This document shows positions 10,629 through 18,238 of a stretch of 24,000 nt of DNA, one piece after another. Each line of letters begins with the position of its first letter. Position 1 is the first letter of the stretch. The DNA lies in NCBI GenBank assembly GCA_965212595.1, contig CBDBVE010000009.1, forward strand, positions 295,939-319,938, read 5' to 3'. Below the pieces are notes generated by a model that was given only the letters and a program-made list of their open reading frames with translations, was not told the DNA's origin and made no database searches. The translations under genes and the position numbers were made by a program. Origin of the DNA: Flavobacteriaceae bacterium. GTDB lineage: Bacteria > Bacteroidota > Bacteroidia > Flavobacteriales > Flavobacteriaceae.

Positions 10629-10998
10629 ATTCTATACTTTGGGCATTTTTTCACATCTCGCAGATGCACACATCATAAGGGCGAAGCTAGAATCTGAAGG
10701 AGTTCCTACCTTTGTTTTAGAGGAAAATAGAACCTACGCAAACCCCACTCAGGGAACAGCAATTAGCGGAATTAAACTTCAAGTTTATACGCGAGACAAA
10801 GACCTGGCAATTGCGATTTATGATGAGATAAGAAACTATGCTTTAGACAAGGAAGGGAAGCCTGTTGTTTGCCCTAATTGCAAAGCTCAAAAATCTGAAG
10901 TTTATTATAGTAGAAAGGGCCTTATCAATAAGTTGTTTCCCTTTTTTGAAAAGAAAAAATACCGATGTACCAATTGTCAAATGATTACCAAATCTTGA
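10618..10998 (+). CDS. DUF2007-like (putative signal-transducing, PII-like fold) protein with C-terminal CxxC...CxxC zinc ribbon
   Basis: 126 aa. The N-terminal pattern (A.IIRAKLESEGVPTFVLEEN...) resembles DUF2007. The C-terminus carries CPNC (x28) CTNC. The start overlaps the bioF stop by 11 nt and the ORF ends 4 nt before bioD. Confidence 0.6.
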   Translation: MGNEFYTLGIFSHLADAHIIRAKLESEGVPTFVLEENRTYANPTQGTAISGIKLQVYTRDKDLAIAIYDEIRNYALDKEGKPVVCPNCKAQKSEVYYSRKGLINKLFPFFEKKKYRCTNCQMITKS

Positions 10999-11002
10999 GC
11001 TG

Positions 11003-11620
11003 ATGAAGCGAATTTTCGTAACAGGTATATCTACCGAAGTTGGTAAAACTATTGCTTCTGCTATCGTGGTTGAAGCCCTGGAGGCTGATTATTGGAAACC
11101 TATACAGGCAGGAGACCTGGAGAATTCGGATAGTCTCAAAATAAGTGAGTTGGTTTCTAACTCCAAGACGGTAATTTACAAAAACAGCTATGCCTTGCAG
11201 ACTCCCATGAGCCCACATGGAGCGGCCGCTCTTGATGATATTGAAATAAAATTGGATCGTATAGTTGAGCCGGAAACAGATAATCATTTGATCATTGAAG
11301 GAGCTGGCGGATTGATGGTTCCATTGAATGATAATGAAACTATTTTAGACATAATTAAACCTACCTACACGGTTATCGTCGTATCGCGCCACTATCTGGG
11401 AAGTATCAATCATACCTTACTGACTATAGATAGGCTGATAAACCATGGGTTTAAAGTTCATTTGATATTTAGCGGTGATGAACACCCCTCTACAGAATCT
11501 ATCATATTAAAGAAAACAGGAGTCTCGCTTATTGGAAGAATAAATGAAGAAAATGCATTTACCAGGAGACGGGTAAAGGACTATGCCAATTTGTTTCTCC
11601 CGAATTTGATATCAATCTAA
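11003..11620 (+). CDS. bioD: dethiobiotin synthase
   Basis: 205 aa. N-terminal IFVTGISTEVGKT P-loop, then EGAGGLMVPL. Confidence 0.92.
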   Translation: MKRIFVTGISTEVGKTIASAIVVEALEADYWKPIQAGDLENSDSLKISELVSNSKTVIYKNSYALQTPMSPHGAAALDDIEIKLDRIVEPETDNHLIIEGAGGLMVPLNDNETILDIIKPTYTVIVVSRHYLGSINHTLLTIDRLINHGFKVHLIFSGDEHPSTESIILKKTGVSLIGRINEENAFTRRRVKDYANLFLPNLISI

Positions 11621-13111
11621 ACGTTTGTAAACTGTGGCCTTTCCAATTTTCTCTATTAAGCTGTAGTGCTGATTAAGGTAAGCTGCAAAATAGGCGTATA
11701 CCTCCTCCTTATGATCTGCATTAAATGGTATTCTGGCTCCCTTGGTTACAATGATTTTTGGCGCCTTTTCATGTAGGATGTACTTGAGCTCGTCCAGGCT
11801 AGTTTTGCGATCGTTTTCCATATATGTAAAAAGCTGGTCTCTCATCAAATTCGAAGGATGTGTTGTGGCCTTGGTTATAGGTTTTTGGCCCAACACCCAA
11901 TACCCTATATGGAATTCAAGAAACCAAATACTGCCTGAATCTAGTTCGTTTTCCACTAAGTACTTTGGGACATCAATACCTTCTCCATTGAACAGCGTTT
12001 GGTGCTGACTGTAATTTTTGGCTATTGCATAATATTCAAGGTAACTTTCCATAGGGACAAGTAATAGGAGAAAAACCGATATCCTTACAAACCATTTGGA
12101 AGTTGAAATAGGGTAGTGCAGTATAAAGGAAAATAGAAGGAGGATTAAAAAAGGATAAAGCTGAATTAAATAATGCCCATTTATTTTTCCCACCTTGTAG
12201 AAGGAAAATAATATTCCGGCAACTGCTAAAAGCAGTAATGCCAGTTGTTGGTTATTTTGCAATACTGCAGTTCTTTTATTCCAGCGAACAAAACCAACTA
12301 TTAAAAGCGCAATTACGATAATTGGTATTATGGTATCTAGCCGTTCCGAAAAAGGAACCTCTCCATAAGCAAGGGATGCCTGTATGACAGATTGCCACCA
12401 TACTTCACCGAACCCTGAGGATGCATATAACAAGTAGAGCAAGGCAACGGGAATAAGAATGCCAAGCCCAAGTCCTATCATAGAAATTAGGGCGGTACGA
12501 AACCCATTTTTTTTGATCAAAAAATAAAAGAGACCAAGCACGAGTAGTAAGACTGCATAAGACAAATTCAATTTTGTCATGAGGGCACAGCCGAAAAGCG
12601 TACCAGAAACCAGCAAGAGTGGTAATCTTTGCGTATTTATTAGCAGGTAAAGCCCTCCAAGGAAAAAGAACATGGATAAATGCTCAGACATAACCCCTTG
12701 AAGGCTTCCAAATAAACTACTTAGGATTACATAGAAGATGGCAGACCAGATTCCTACTTTTTTAGTATTAATAGTAGTGCCAATTGCATAGAGAAAAAAG
12801 GCTCCTAAAGCAACTACAAGGGTTCCGGCTGCGCGTATGGCTATAAAGCTCTTGCCGAAAACTGCGATTACTCCCGCGAAGAATAGAAAAGCCAAGGGAG
12901 GTTTTAGGTCCCACAAAAGCGTATAAGGCAGGTGGCCATCTAGCCATGACTGGCCAACTAATATGAATGTACTCTCATCTAAATCTACATAATCCCTGAA
13001 AAAAAAGGGAAACCTGATTAATAAGGCTAAAACAAAAAGAAAAAGAAAAACTCTTTTCCTCTTCAATTCATGGTAGTTGGGTATAAGAGATGTTATAACT
13101 TTGTCTAGCAT
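11612..13111 (-). CDS. GT-C fold glycosyltransferase (family 39 / ArnT-PMT-like) integral membrane protein
   Basis: 499 aa and highly hydrophobic, with many predicted TM segments. It has an early-loop acidic motif (YVDLDESTF) like GT-C enzymes and a soluble C-terminal domain. A near-consensus -7 box (TATCTTTC) lies on the minus strand at 13142-13149. Confidence 0.65.
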   Translation of the reverse strand: MLDKVITSLIPNYHELKRKRVFLFLFVLALLIRFPFFFRDYVDLDESTFILVGQSWLDGHLPYTLLWDLKPPLAFLFFAGVIAVFGKSFIAIRAAGTLVVALGAFFLYAIGTTINTKKVGIWSAIFYVILSSLFGSLQGVMSEHLSMFFFLGGLYLLINTQRLPLLLVSGTLFGCALMTKLNLSYAVLLLVLGLFYFLIKKNGFRTALISMIGLGLGILIPVALLYLLYASSGFGEVWWQSVIQASLAYGEVPFSERLDTIIPIIVIALLIVGFVRWNKRTAVLQNNQQLALLLLAVAGILFSFYKVGKINGHYLIQLYPFLILLLFSFILHYPISTSKWFVRISVFLLLLVPMESYLEYYAIAKNYSQHQTLFNGEGIDVPKYLVENELDSGSIWFLEFHIGYWVLGQKPITKATTHPSNLMRDQLFTYMENDRKTSLDELKYILHEKAPKIIVTKGARIPFNADHKEEVYAYFAAYLNQHYSLIEKIGKATVYKRLD

Positions 13112-13178
13112 TTAAGATGAGATCAATACGCGGCAACGCAAGAAAGATAAAAAGGAAATTCCATTTAATTCTATCCAA

Positions 13179-14447
13179 TTGAAAAATCTCTCCGAACGGG
13201 ACCAAAAACACCTATGGCATCCGCTTACTCAGCACAAATTGAGGCCAAAAGCTCTGGGGATTACAAAAGCAAAGGGAGTTTTTATATACGATGAAAATGG
13301 CAAGGAGTACATTGATGGTATTGCTTCATGGTACACCAGTATGTACGGGCATTGTAATGATTATATCCTTGAACGTGTTCAGCAGCAAATGCAAGTACTT
13401 GATCAAGTGGTCTTTAGTGGTTTTACTCATGAGCCTGCCGTACGCTTATCTGAAACCCTTATAGAAATTTTGCCAGACAATCAGGAGAAACTATTTTTTT
13501 CTGATAACGGATCTACGGCTGTAGAAGTTGCCATAAAGATGGCCTTGCAATATCACCACAACAAAGGAGAAAAGAGAAATGTGCTACTGGCCTTTGAAGA
13601 AGGTTTTCACGGAGACACTTTTGGTGCCATGTCTGTTTCAGGCCTTTCTGTCTACAATGGCCCTTTTGAGGATTTTTTCATTTCCGTAGAACGCGTACAA
13701 GTACCCTCAGCAGAGAATATAGAACAACTTCTCCCTCAACTAGAAGAACGCATCAAAATGGGAGACGTTGCAGGATTCATTTATGAACCCCTTGTTCAGG
13801 GTGCAGCTGCGATGAAAATGCACGAGGCCAGATTTTTAGAACAGGTTTTAGATCTGCTACAGTCTTATGGAGTCATTACCATAGCCGATGAGGTAATGAC
13901 AGGTTTTGGAAAGACCGGCAAGTATTTTGCCTCAGATCACCTTGAGATTAAACCAGATATCATTTGTATGTCTAAAGCATTGACTGCGGGTCTGGTACCT
14001 ATGGCTGTTACAAGCTGTTCGCAGAAAATCTACGATGCTTTTTACAGCGATGAATTGGCAAAGGGCCTATTTCACGGGCATACCTATACGGCCAATCCGC
14101 TTGCGTGCACTGCCGCTTTAGCAGGGCTAGAATTGCTAAAGTCTGCAGAAATGCAATCTAATATACAGCGGGTCATAAAGTCTCATATGAAGTTCGATAA
14201 GGAAATACAAAATCATCCGAAGGTAGGTAGTACCAGGCAATGTGGGGTAATATTTGCTCTAGACCTGGACATTGAAATGGAACGCTATGGGAGCTTGCGT
14301 GACCAGCTATTCGATTTTTTCATGGCCGATGGTATTTTCCTGCGGCCTTTAGGGAATACGATTTATATTTTGGCACCGTATATTATTGAAGAGGCCCAAC
14401 TTCAACAGGTTTATGACAGCATTCGTAAAGCTTTGGATTATTTCTAG
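13179..14447 (+). CDS. bioA: adenosylmethionine--8-amino-7-oxononanoate transaminase
   Basis: 422 aa. Class-III aminotransferase markers are HLWHP, GFHGDT, ADEVMTGFGKTG and the PLP-lysine context MSKALTAG. Apparent TTG start, with no in-frame ATG nearby. Confidence 0.93.
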   Translation: MKNLSERDQKHLWHPLTQHKLRPKALGITKAKGVFIYDENGKEYIDGIASWYTSMYGHCNDYILERVQQQMQVLDQVVFSGFTHEPAVRLSETLIEILPDNQEKLFFSDNGSTAVEVAIKMALQYHHNKGEKRNVLLAFEEGFHGDTFGAMSVSGLSVYNGPFEDFFISVERVQVPSAENIEQLLPQLEERIKMGDVAGFIYEPLVQGAAAMKMHEARFLEQVLDLLQSYGVITIADEVMTGFGKTGKYFASDHLEIKPDIICMSKALTAGLVPMAVTSCSQKIYDAFYSDELAKGLFHGHTYTANPLACTAALAGLELLKSAEMQSNIQRVIKSHMKFDKEIQNHPKVGSTRQCGVIFALDLDIEMERYGSLRDQLFDFFMADGIFLRPLGNTIYILAPYIIEEAQLQQVYDSIRKALDYF

Positions 14448-14890
14448 TTTTCCACGGCTGGGCTTTCTTCAGACTTTTCTAGCAAATTAAACTCCTCAGC
14501 ATCAGTGACCTCTAGCCGGATTTCATGATAGACCCATTCATCCTCCTCGCCACTGGCATCGATATATAAAGTTCCCTTTCCTTTTGGGCCGCTGACAGGA
14601 ATACTAAGCTTTGCACTCTTTTTACCGTTTGTCCATTGAATATTGCCCTGTATCATTCCGTCTTTTTCAATAGGAGAACCCATGGTGGCTACGATTTCTT
14701 CATCCTTATTGATTTTTTCTAAAGCGTATTGGTAGGGAGCAGAATCCTCTAGCATTGAAGTAACTCCGAAAAAGATCGATCCCATAAATACAACAAATAA
14801 TACAATAAGTGTCATACAACCACCCAGTGGCACTACCCATTTCCAGTTTCTTTTCCACCAACCTGGCTGTGGGACTAATTCATTATCCAT
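14444..14890 (-). CDS. Coa1-like (cytochrome c oxidase assembly factor Coa1 family) single-pass membrane protein
   Basis: 148 aa. N-terminal WWKRNWKWVVPLGG plus one TM helix, then a soluble domain. Resembles bacterial Coa1-family annotations. Function not established. Confidence 0.5.
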   Translation of the reverse strand: MDNELVPQPGWWKRNWKWVVPLGGCMTLIVLFVVFMGSIFFGVTSMLEDSAPYQYALEKINKDEEIVATMGSPIEKDGMIQGNIQWTNGKKSAKLSIPVSGPKGKGTLYIDASGEEDEWVYHEIRLEVTDAEEFNLLEKSEESPAVEN

Positions 14891-14930
14891 AGTTTTTATT
14901 GGAATATCTTTTTATGAAGATAAGAACTTT

Positions 14931-14938
14931 TATTTTTG
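14931..14938 (+). promoter_or_regulatory. Bacteroidetes-type -7 promoter box (TATTTTTG) for the KAS gene, preceded by TAAGAAC
   Basis: Perfect TAnnTTTG, 15 nt upstream of ATG 14953. The 18-nt block TAAGAAC-TTT-TATTTTTG (14921-14938) recurs upstream of bioB. Confidence 0.5.
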
Positions 14939-14952
14939 CCCAAATTCTTCTG

Positions 14953-16119
14953 ATGATCAATAGCCCAATATCAATTGTAGCCTTTGGATCTGTTTCTGGC
15001 TTAGGAGGTTCCGAAAACACTATTTGGAGCAACTATAAGGAAAATGTACATTTTATTCAACAGAAGTTGATTGGGAATGCCCAAAGCTGGGTTTCTCCTC
15101 TGAATCCTGAACTTGATGAAGAAATTACAAGTTTAAGACAATCTCAGCCTTATTATAGTGATCTGGATGAAAGTGTGCTGTATGCCATTGCCGCGGCAAG
15201 AAGGGCAGTTGCTAAAACCGGATGGGATACTTCAGAGAATTACGGAATCAACATAGGGTCTTCCAGAGGGGCAACCTCATTATTTGAACAATATCACCAG
15301 GAGTTTATTTTAAACAAGCAGATTGCCACTCTAAGCTCACCTACAACCACTTTAGGAAACATTTCATCCTGGGTTGCAAGTGATCTAGGTAGCAATGGCC
15401 CCGAATTTTCCCATTCCATAACCTGCTCCACTGCTTTGCACGCTTTGCTGAATGGGATAGCCTGGATAAATAGTGCCATGGCTTCACGGTTTTTGGTAGG
15501 AGGTAGCGAGGCACCCCTTACACCATTTACCATAGCGCAAATGCAAGCCCTTAAAATTTACTCAAGAGAAGAAAGTGATTATCCCAGCAGGCCACTGGAT
15601 TTTGATAAAACACAGAATACTATGGTTTTAGGAGAAGGCGCCTGTGTTGCCGCTCTGGAAAAAGGAATTTCTAATGAAGCTCTGGCAATTGTAGAAGGCG
15701 TGGGATATGCCACAGAGCCGCTGCAACATCCCGTATCCATTTCGGCCGATGCGGTCTGCTTTCAGAAATCGATGAAAATGGCTTTAGGAAACTTAAGACC
15801 AGAAGAAATCGATGTTGTTGTAATGCACGCACCCGGAACTGTAAAGGGAGATTTGTCTGAATTGAAGGCAATTCAAAAAATCTTCGGTACTCAATTGCCT
15901 GCTCTTACCACCAATAAATGGAAAATTGGACATACGTTTGGAGCTTCCGGAATGTTAAGTGTAGAAATGGCTTGCCTAATGCTAAGGCATCAAGAGTTTG
16001 TCGCTCCTCCCTTTCAGGCTGCCGGAGGAATTCCGGATAAACTCAATCGGATTCTGGTAAATGCAGTAGGTTTTGGAGGAAATGCGGTTAGTGTTCTGCT
16101 AAAAAAACCTCAGTTTTGA
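14953..16119 (+). CDS. stand-alone beta-ketoacyl synthase, KAS I/II (FabB/FabF)-like, Cys-His-His type
   Basis: Active-site Cys context SITCSTALHAL, first His VVMHAPGTVKGD, Lys/second His NKWKIGHTFGASG, and C-terminal GFGGNAVSVLL. The track ORF starts at TTG 14899, but ATG 14953 (MINSPISIVAFGS...) matches KAS N-termini and lies downstream of the -7 box. Confidence 0.85.
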   Translation: MINSPISIVAFGSVSGLGGSENTIWSNYKENVHFIQQKLIGNAQSWVSPLNPELDEEITSLRQSQPYYSDLDESVLYAIAAARRAVAKTGWDTSENYGINIGSSRGATSLFEQYHQEFILNKQIATLSSPTTTLGNISSWVASDLGSNGPEFSHSITCSTALHALLNGIAWINSAMASRFLVGGSEAPLTPFTIAQMQALKIYSREESDYPSRPLDFDKTQNTMVLGEGACVAALEKGISNEALAIVEGVGYATEPLQHPVSISADAVCFQKSMKMALGNLRPEEIDVVVMHAPGTVKGDLSELKAIQKIFGTQLPALTTNKWKIGHTFGASGMLSVEMACLMLRHQEFVAPPFQAAGGIPDKLNRILVNAVGFGGNAVSVLLKKPQF

Positions 16120-16152
16120 TATCAGGACGAAATGTTCTATGAATTTAGAATT

Positions 16153-16166
16153 TGTTCTTAAGAACA
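16153..16166. promoter_or_regulatory. Perfect 14-bp palindrome TGTTCTTAAGAACA abutting the bioB promoter (candidate operator)
   Basis: Self-complementary 14-mer ending 2 nt before the bioB -7 box. A degenerate copy (TGTTCT-N8-AGAATT) lies 20 bp upstream at 16133-16152. Confidence 0.3.
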
Positions 16167-16168
16167 CC

Positions 16169-16176
16169 TATTTTTG
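16169..16176 (+). promoter_or_regulatory. Bacteroidetes-type -7 promoter box (TATTTTTG) for bioB
   Basis: Perfect TAnnTTTG, 23 nt upstream of ATG 16199. It lies inside the block TAAGAAC-ACC-TATTTTTG (16159-16176). Confidence 0.5.
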
Positions 16177-16198
16177 ATTTTTGAATTATCTGAACCCT

Positions 16199-17299
16199 AT
16201 GAGCGAGGTAAAACACAATTGGACAAAAGAGGAGATCCTCGAGATTTATAACAAACCCTTTATGGAGTTGCTTTATGAAGCGGCTAGTGTGCATCGCAAA
16301 TTTCATGACCCTAATACCGTACAGGTTTCTACCTTGCTGTCCATTAAGACGGGAGGTTGCCCCGAAGACTGCGGGTATTGCCCACAGGCGGCCCGATATC
16401 ACACCAATGTGGAAGGGAATGATTTGATGTCTGTTCAGCAGGTAAAAGCCCAGGCTCTAAGAGCGAAAGCTACGGGAAGCTCAAGAGTTTGTATGGGCGC
16501 GGCATGGAGAAATGTAAAAGACGGCCCGGAATTTGACGAAGTTCTTGAAATGGTACGCACCATTAACAAGTTAGACATGGAAGTATGCTGTACTTTAGGA
16601 ATGTTGACCGAGAACCAGGCCAAGCGCTTGGCAGAAGCCGGTTTGTATGCCTACAACCATAACCTCGATACTTCTGAAGATTATTACAAAGATGTGATCT
16701 CTACCCGGGCCTTTGAAGACCGATTAGAGACCATAGATAACGTAAGAAAAAGCAATGTTACAGTCTGTAGCGGCGGAATCATTGGTATGGGAGAAAGACT
16801 CGAAGACAGGGCGGGTATGCTAGTGGCCTTATCTTCCTTAAACCCCCAACCCGAATCCGTACCCATTAATGCGCTCGTAGCTGTTGAAGGAACCCCGATG
16901 GAGGACATTCCACCCATTCCTATTTGGGATATGATAAGGATGGTGGCTACGACCAGGATTATCATGCCAAAGACGCAGGTGAGGCTGTCAGCGGGCCGTA
17001 CAGAGATGAGTAAAGAAGGACAGGCGATGTGTTTTTTCGCAGGAGCCAATTCAATTTTTGCGGGAGATAAATTGCTGACAACCCCAAATCCGGATGTCAA
17101 TGAGGATATGGAACTCTTTGAACTCCTTGGATTAACTCCGCAGAAACCCTTTATTAAAGCGTCCAAACCGCTAACCATTGAGGCAGAAGAATCTCAATAT
17201 AAGGCTTTGGGAGAGCGCCCAAAATGGACACGCCCAGAGCATACCATTTCTCGAAACGAAACTGCAAAAGCCAGCGCAAAAGCTAAGAGGCAATCTTAA
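16199..17299 (+). CDS. bioB: biotin synthase (radical SAM)
   Basis: Radical-SAM CPEDCGYCPQ motif, YNHNLDTS, and auxiliary-cluster Cys residues. ATG 16199 (MSEVKHNWTKEEI...) is preferred over the track's TTG 16181 because of the promoter position and typical BioB N-termini. The C-terminal tail, about 40 aa and K/A/E-rich, is longer than I would expect for BioB. Confidence 0.95.
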   Translation: MSEVKHNWTKEEILEIYNKPFMELLYEAASVHRKFHDPNTVQVSTLLSIKTGGCPEDCGYCPQAARYHTNVEGNDLMSVQQVKAQALRAKATGSSRVCMGAAWRNVKDGPEFDEVLEMVRTINKLDMEVCCTLGMLTENQAKRLAEAGLYAYNHNLDTSEDYYKDVISTRAFEDRLETIDNVRKSNVTVCSGGIIGMGERLEDRAGMLVALSSLNPQPESVPINALVAVEGTPMEDIPPIPIWDMIRMVATTRIIMPKTQVRLSAGRTEMSKEGQAMCFFAGANSIFAGDKLLTTPNPDVNEDMELFELLGLTPQKPFIKASKPLTIEAEESQYKALGERPKWTRPEHTISRNETAKASAKAKRQS

Positions 17300-17339
17300 G
17301 CAAAGGTTAAATTTTGAGAAGACTATTGTAAGGTTTTTT

Positions 17340-17347
17340 TACCTTTG
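17340..17347 (+). promoter_or_regulatory. Bacteroidetes-type -7 promoter box (TACCTTTG) upstream of the cupin gene
   Basis: Perfect TAnnTTTG. Its TTG is the track's start codon (17345), so if this promoter is functional the true start is more likely TTG 17372. Confidence 0.35.
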
Positions 17348-18232
17348 AAGCTTTATTCAACCAGATTTCATTTGCAGTTAAAGGATATTCCCAGAATACC
17401 GACCATCACTAGAGAGGCGTTCTTAAAGAACTATTTTAGACCTCAAAAACCGGTTGTCATTGAGCGGTTTGTAGAGGACTGGCCTGCCTATGCTAAATGG
17501 GATCTTGAATACATCGAAAAGATTGCCGGAGATAAAATAGTACCCCTATATGACAACAGACCGGTAGATTATAGAGACGGATTTAACCAACCTCATGCAA
17601 AGATGAGGATGTCTGAGTATATAGAACTTCTCAGAAGTGAGCCTACCAAATACCGTATTTTCCTTTGGAATGTTTTAAAAGAGGTGCCCGAACTTCAAAG
17701 CGACTTCTCTTTCCCCGATTTTGGGTTACGCCTAATGAAAAACCTCCCAATGCTCTTTTTTGGTGGAAGAGATTCATACACCTTTATGCATTACGATATA
17801 GATCTTGCCAATATTTTCCATTTTCATTTCGAGGGCAAAAAAGAATGTATCTTGTTTCCACAGACAGAAAACAAGTTTTTGTATAAAGTTCCACATTCCT
17901 TGATTACTCATGAAAGTATTGATTTTTCGGACCCGGATTTTGCTAAATGGCCTGGTTTGAAACACGCAAAGGGATATAAAACGCATCTTGAACATGGCGA
18001 AGTTCTTTATATGCCAGAGGGATATTGGCACTATATGCGTTATGTAACTCCCGGATTTTCAATGAGTTTGAGAGCTATCGCCCGAAACCCCAAAAATCTG
18101 GGACGAGCATTATACAATGTGATCATTATGCGACATTATGATAATTTGATGCGCAGGATGCAGGGGCAGCGTTGGATCGATTGGAAAAATGAGCAGGCAA
18201 TTTCAAGGACAAATAAAGCCTTAAAATATTAG
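17345..18232 (+). CDS. JmjC/cupin-8-like Fe(II)/2-oxoglutarate-dependent oxygenase
   Basis: 295 aa. Pattern FFGGRDSYTFMHYDIDLANIFHFHFEGKKECILFP gives the HxD facial-triad residues and 2OG-binding Lys. The distal His lies in PEGYWHYMRY. Alternative start at TTG 17372 (MQLKDIPRIP...). Confidence 0.75.
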   Translation: MKLYSTRFHLQLKDIPRIPTITREAFLKNYFRPQKPVVIERFVEDWPAYAKWDLEYIEKIAGDKIVPLYDNRPVDYRDGFNQPHAKMRMSEYIELLRSEPTKYRIFLWNVLKEVPELQSDFSFPDFGLRLMKNLPMLFFGGRDSYTFMHYDIDLANIFHFHFEGKKECILFPQTENKFLYKVPHSLITHESIDFSDPDFAKWPGLKHAKGYKTHLEHGEVLYMPEGYWHYMRYVTPGFSMSLRAIARNPKNLGRALYNVIIMRHYDNLMRRMQGQRWIDWKNEQAISRTNKALKY

Positions 18233-18238
18233 AAATAG

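Noticed and set aside
16684-17178. 164-aa minus-strand ORF inside bioB, and similar antisense ORFs at 550-951, 1660-1884, 2287-2511, 3937-4146, 8477-8921, 11742-12008, 15294-15871, 17665-18031, 19011-19996 and 23420-23617
   Set aside because: All lie wholly within strongly supported genes, either on the opposite strand or in another frame. Their translations have no recognisable motifs and look like typical shadow ORFs.
17328-17346. Hairpin AAGGT-T6-ACCTT after bioB as a terminator
   Set aside because: The stem is only 5 AU-rich base pairs, and the T run is in the loop rather than after the stem. The right arm is better explained as part of the TACCTTTG -7 box.
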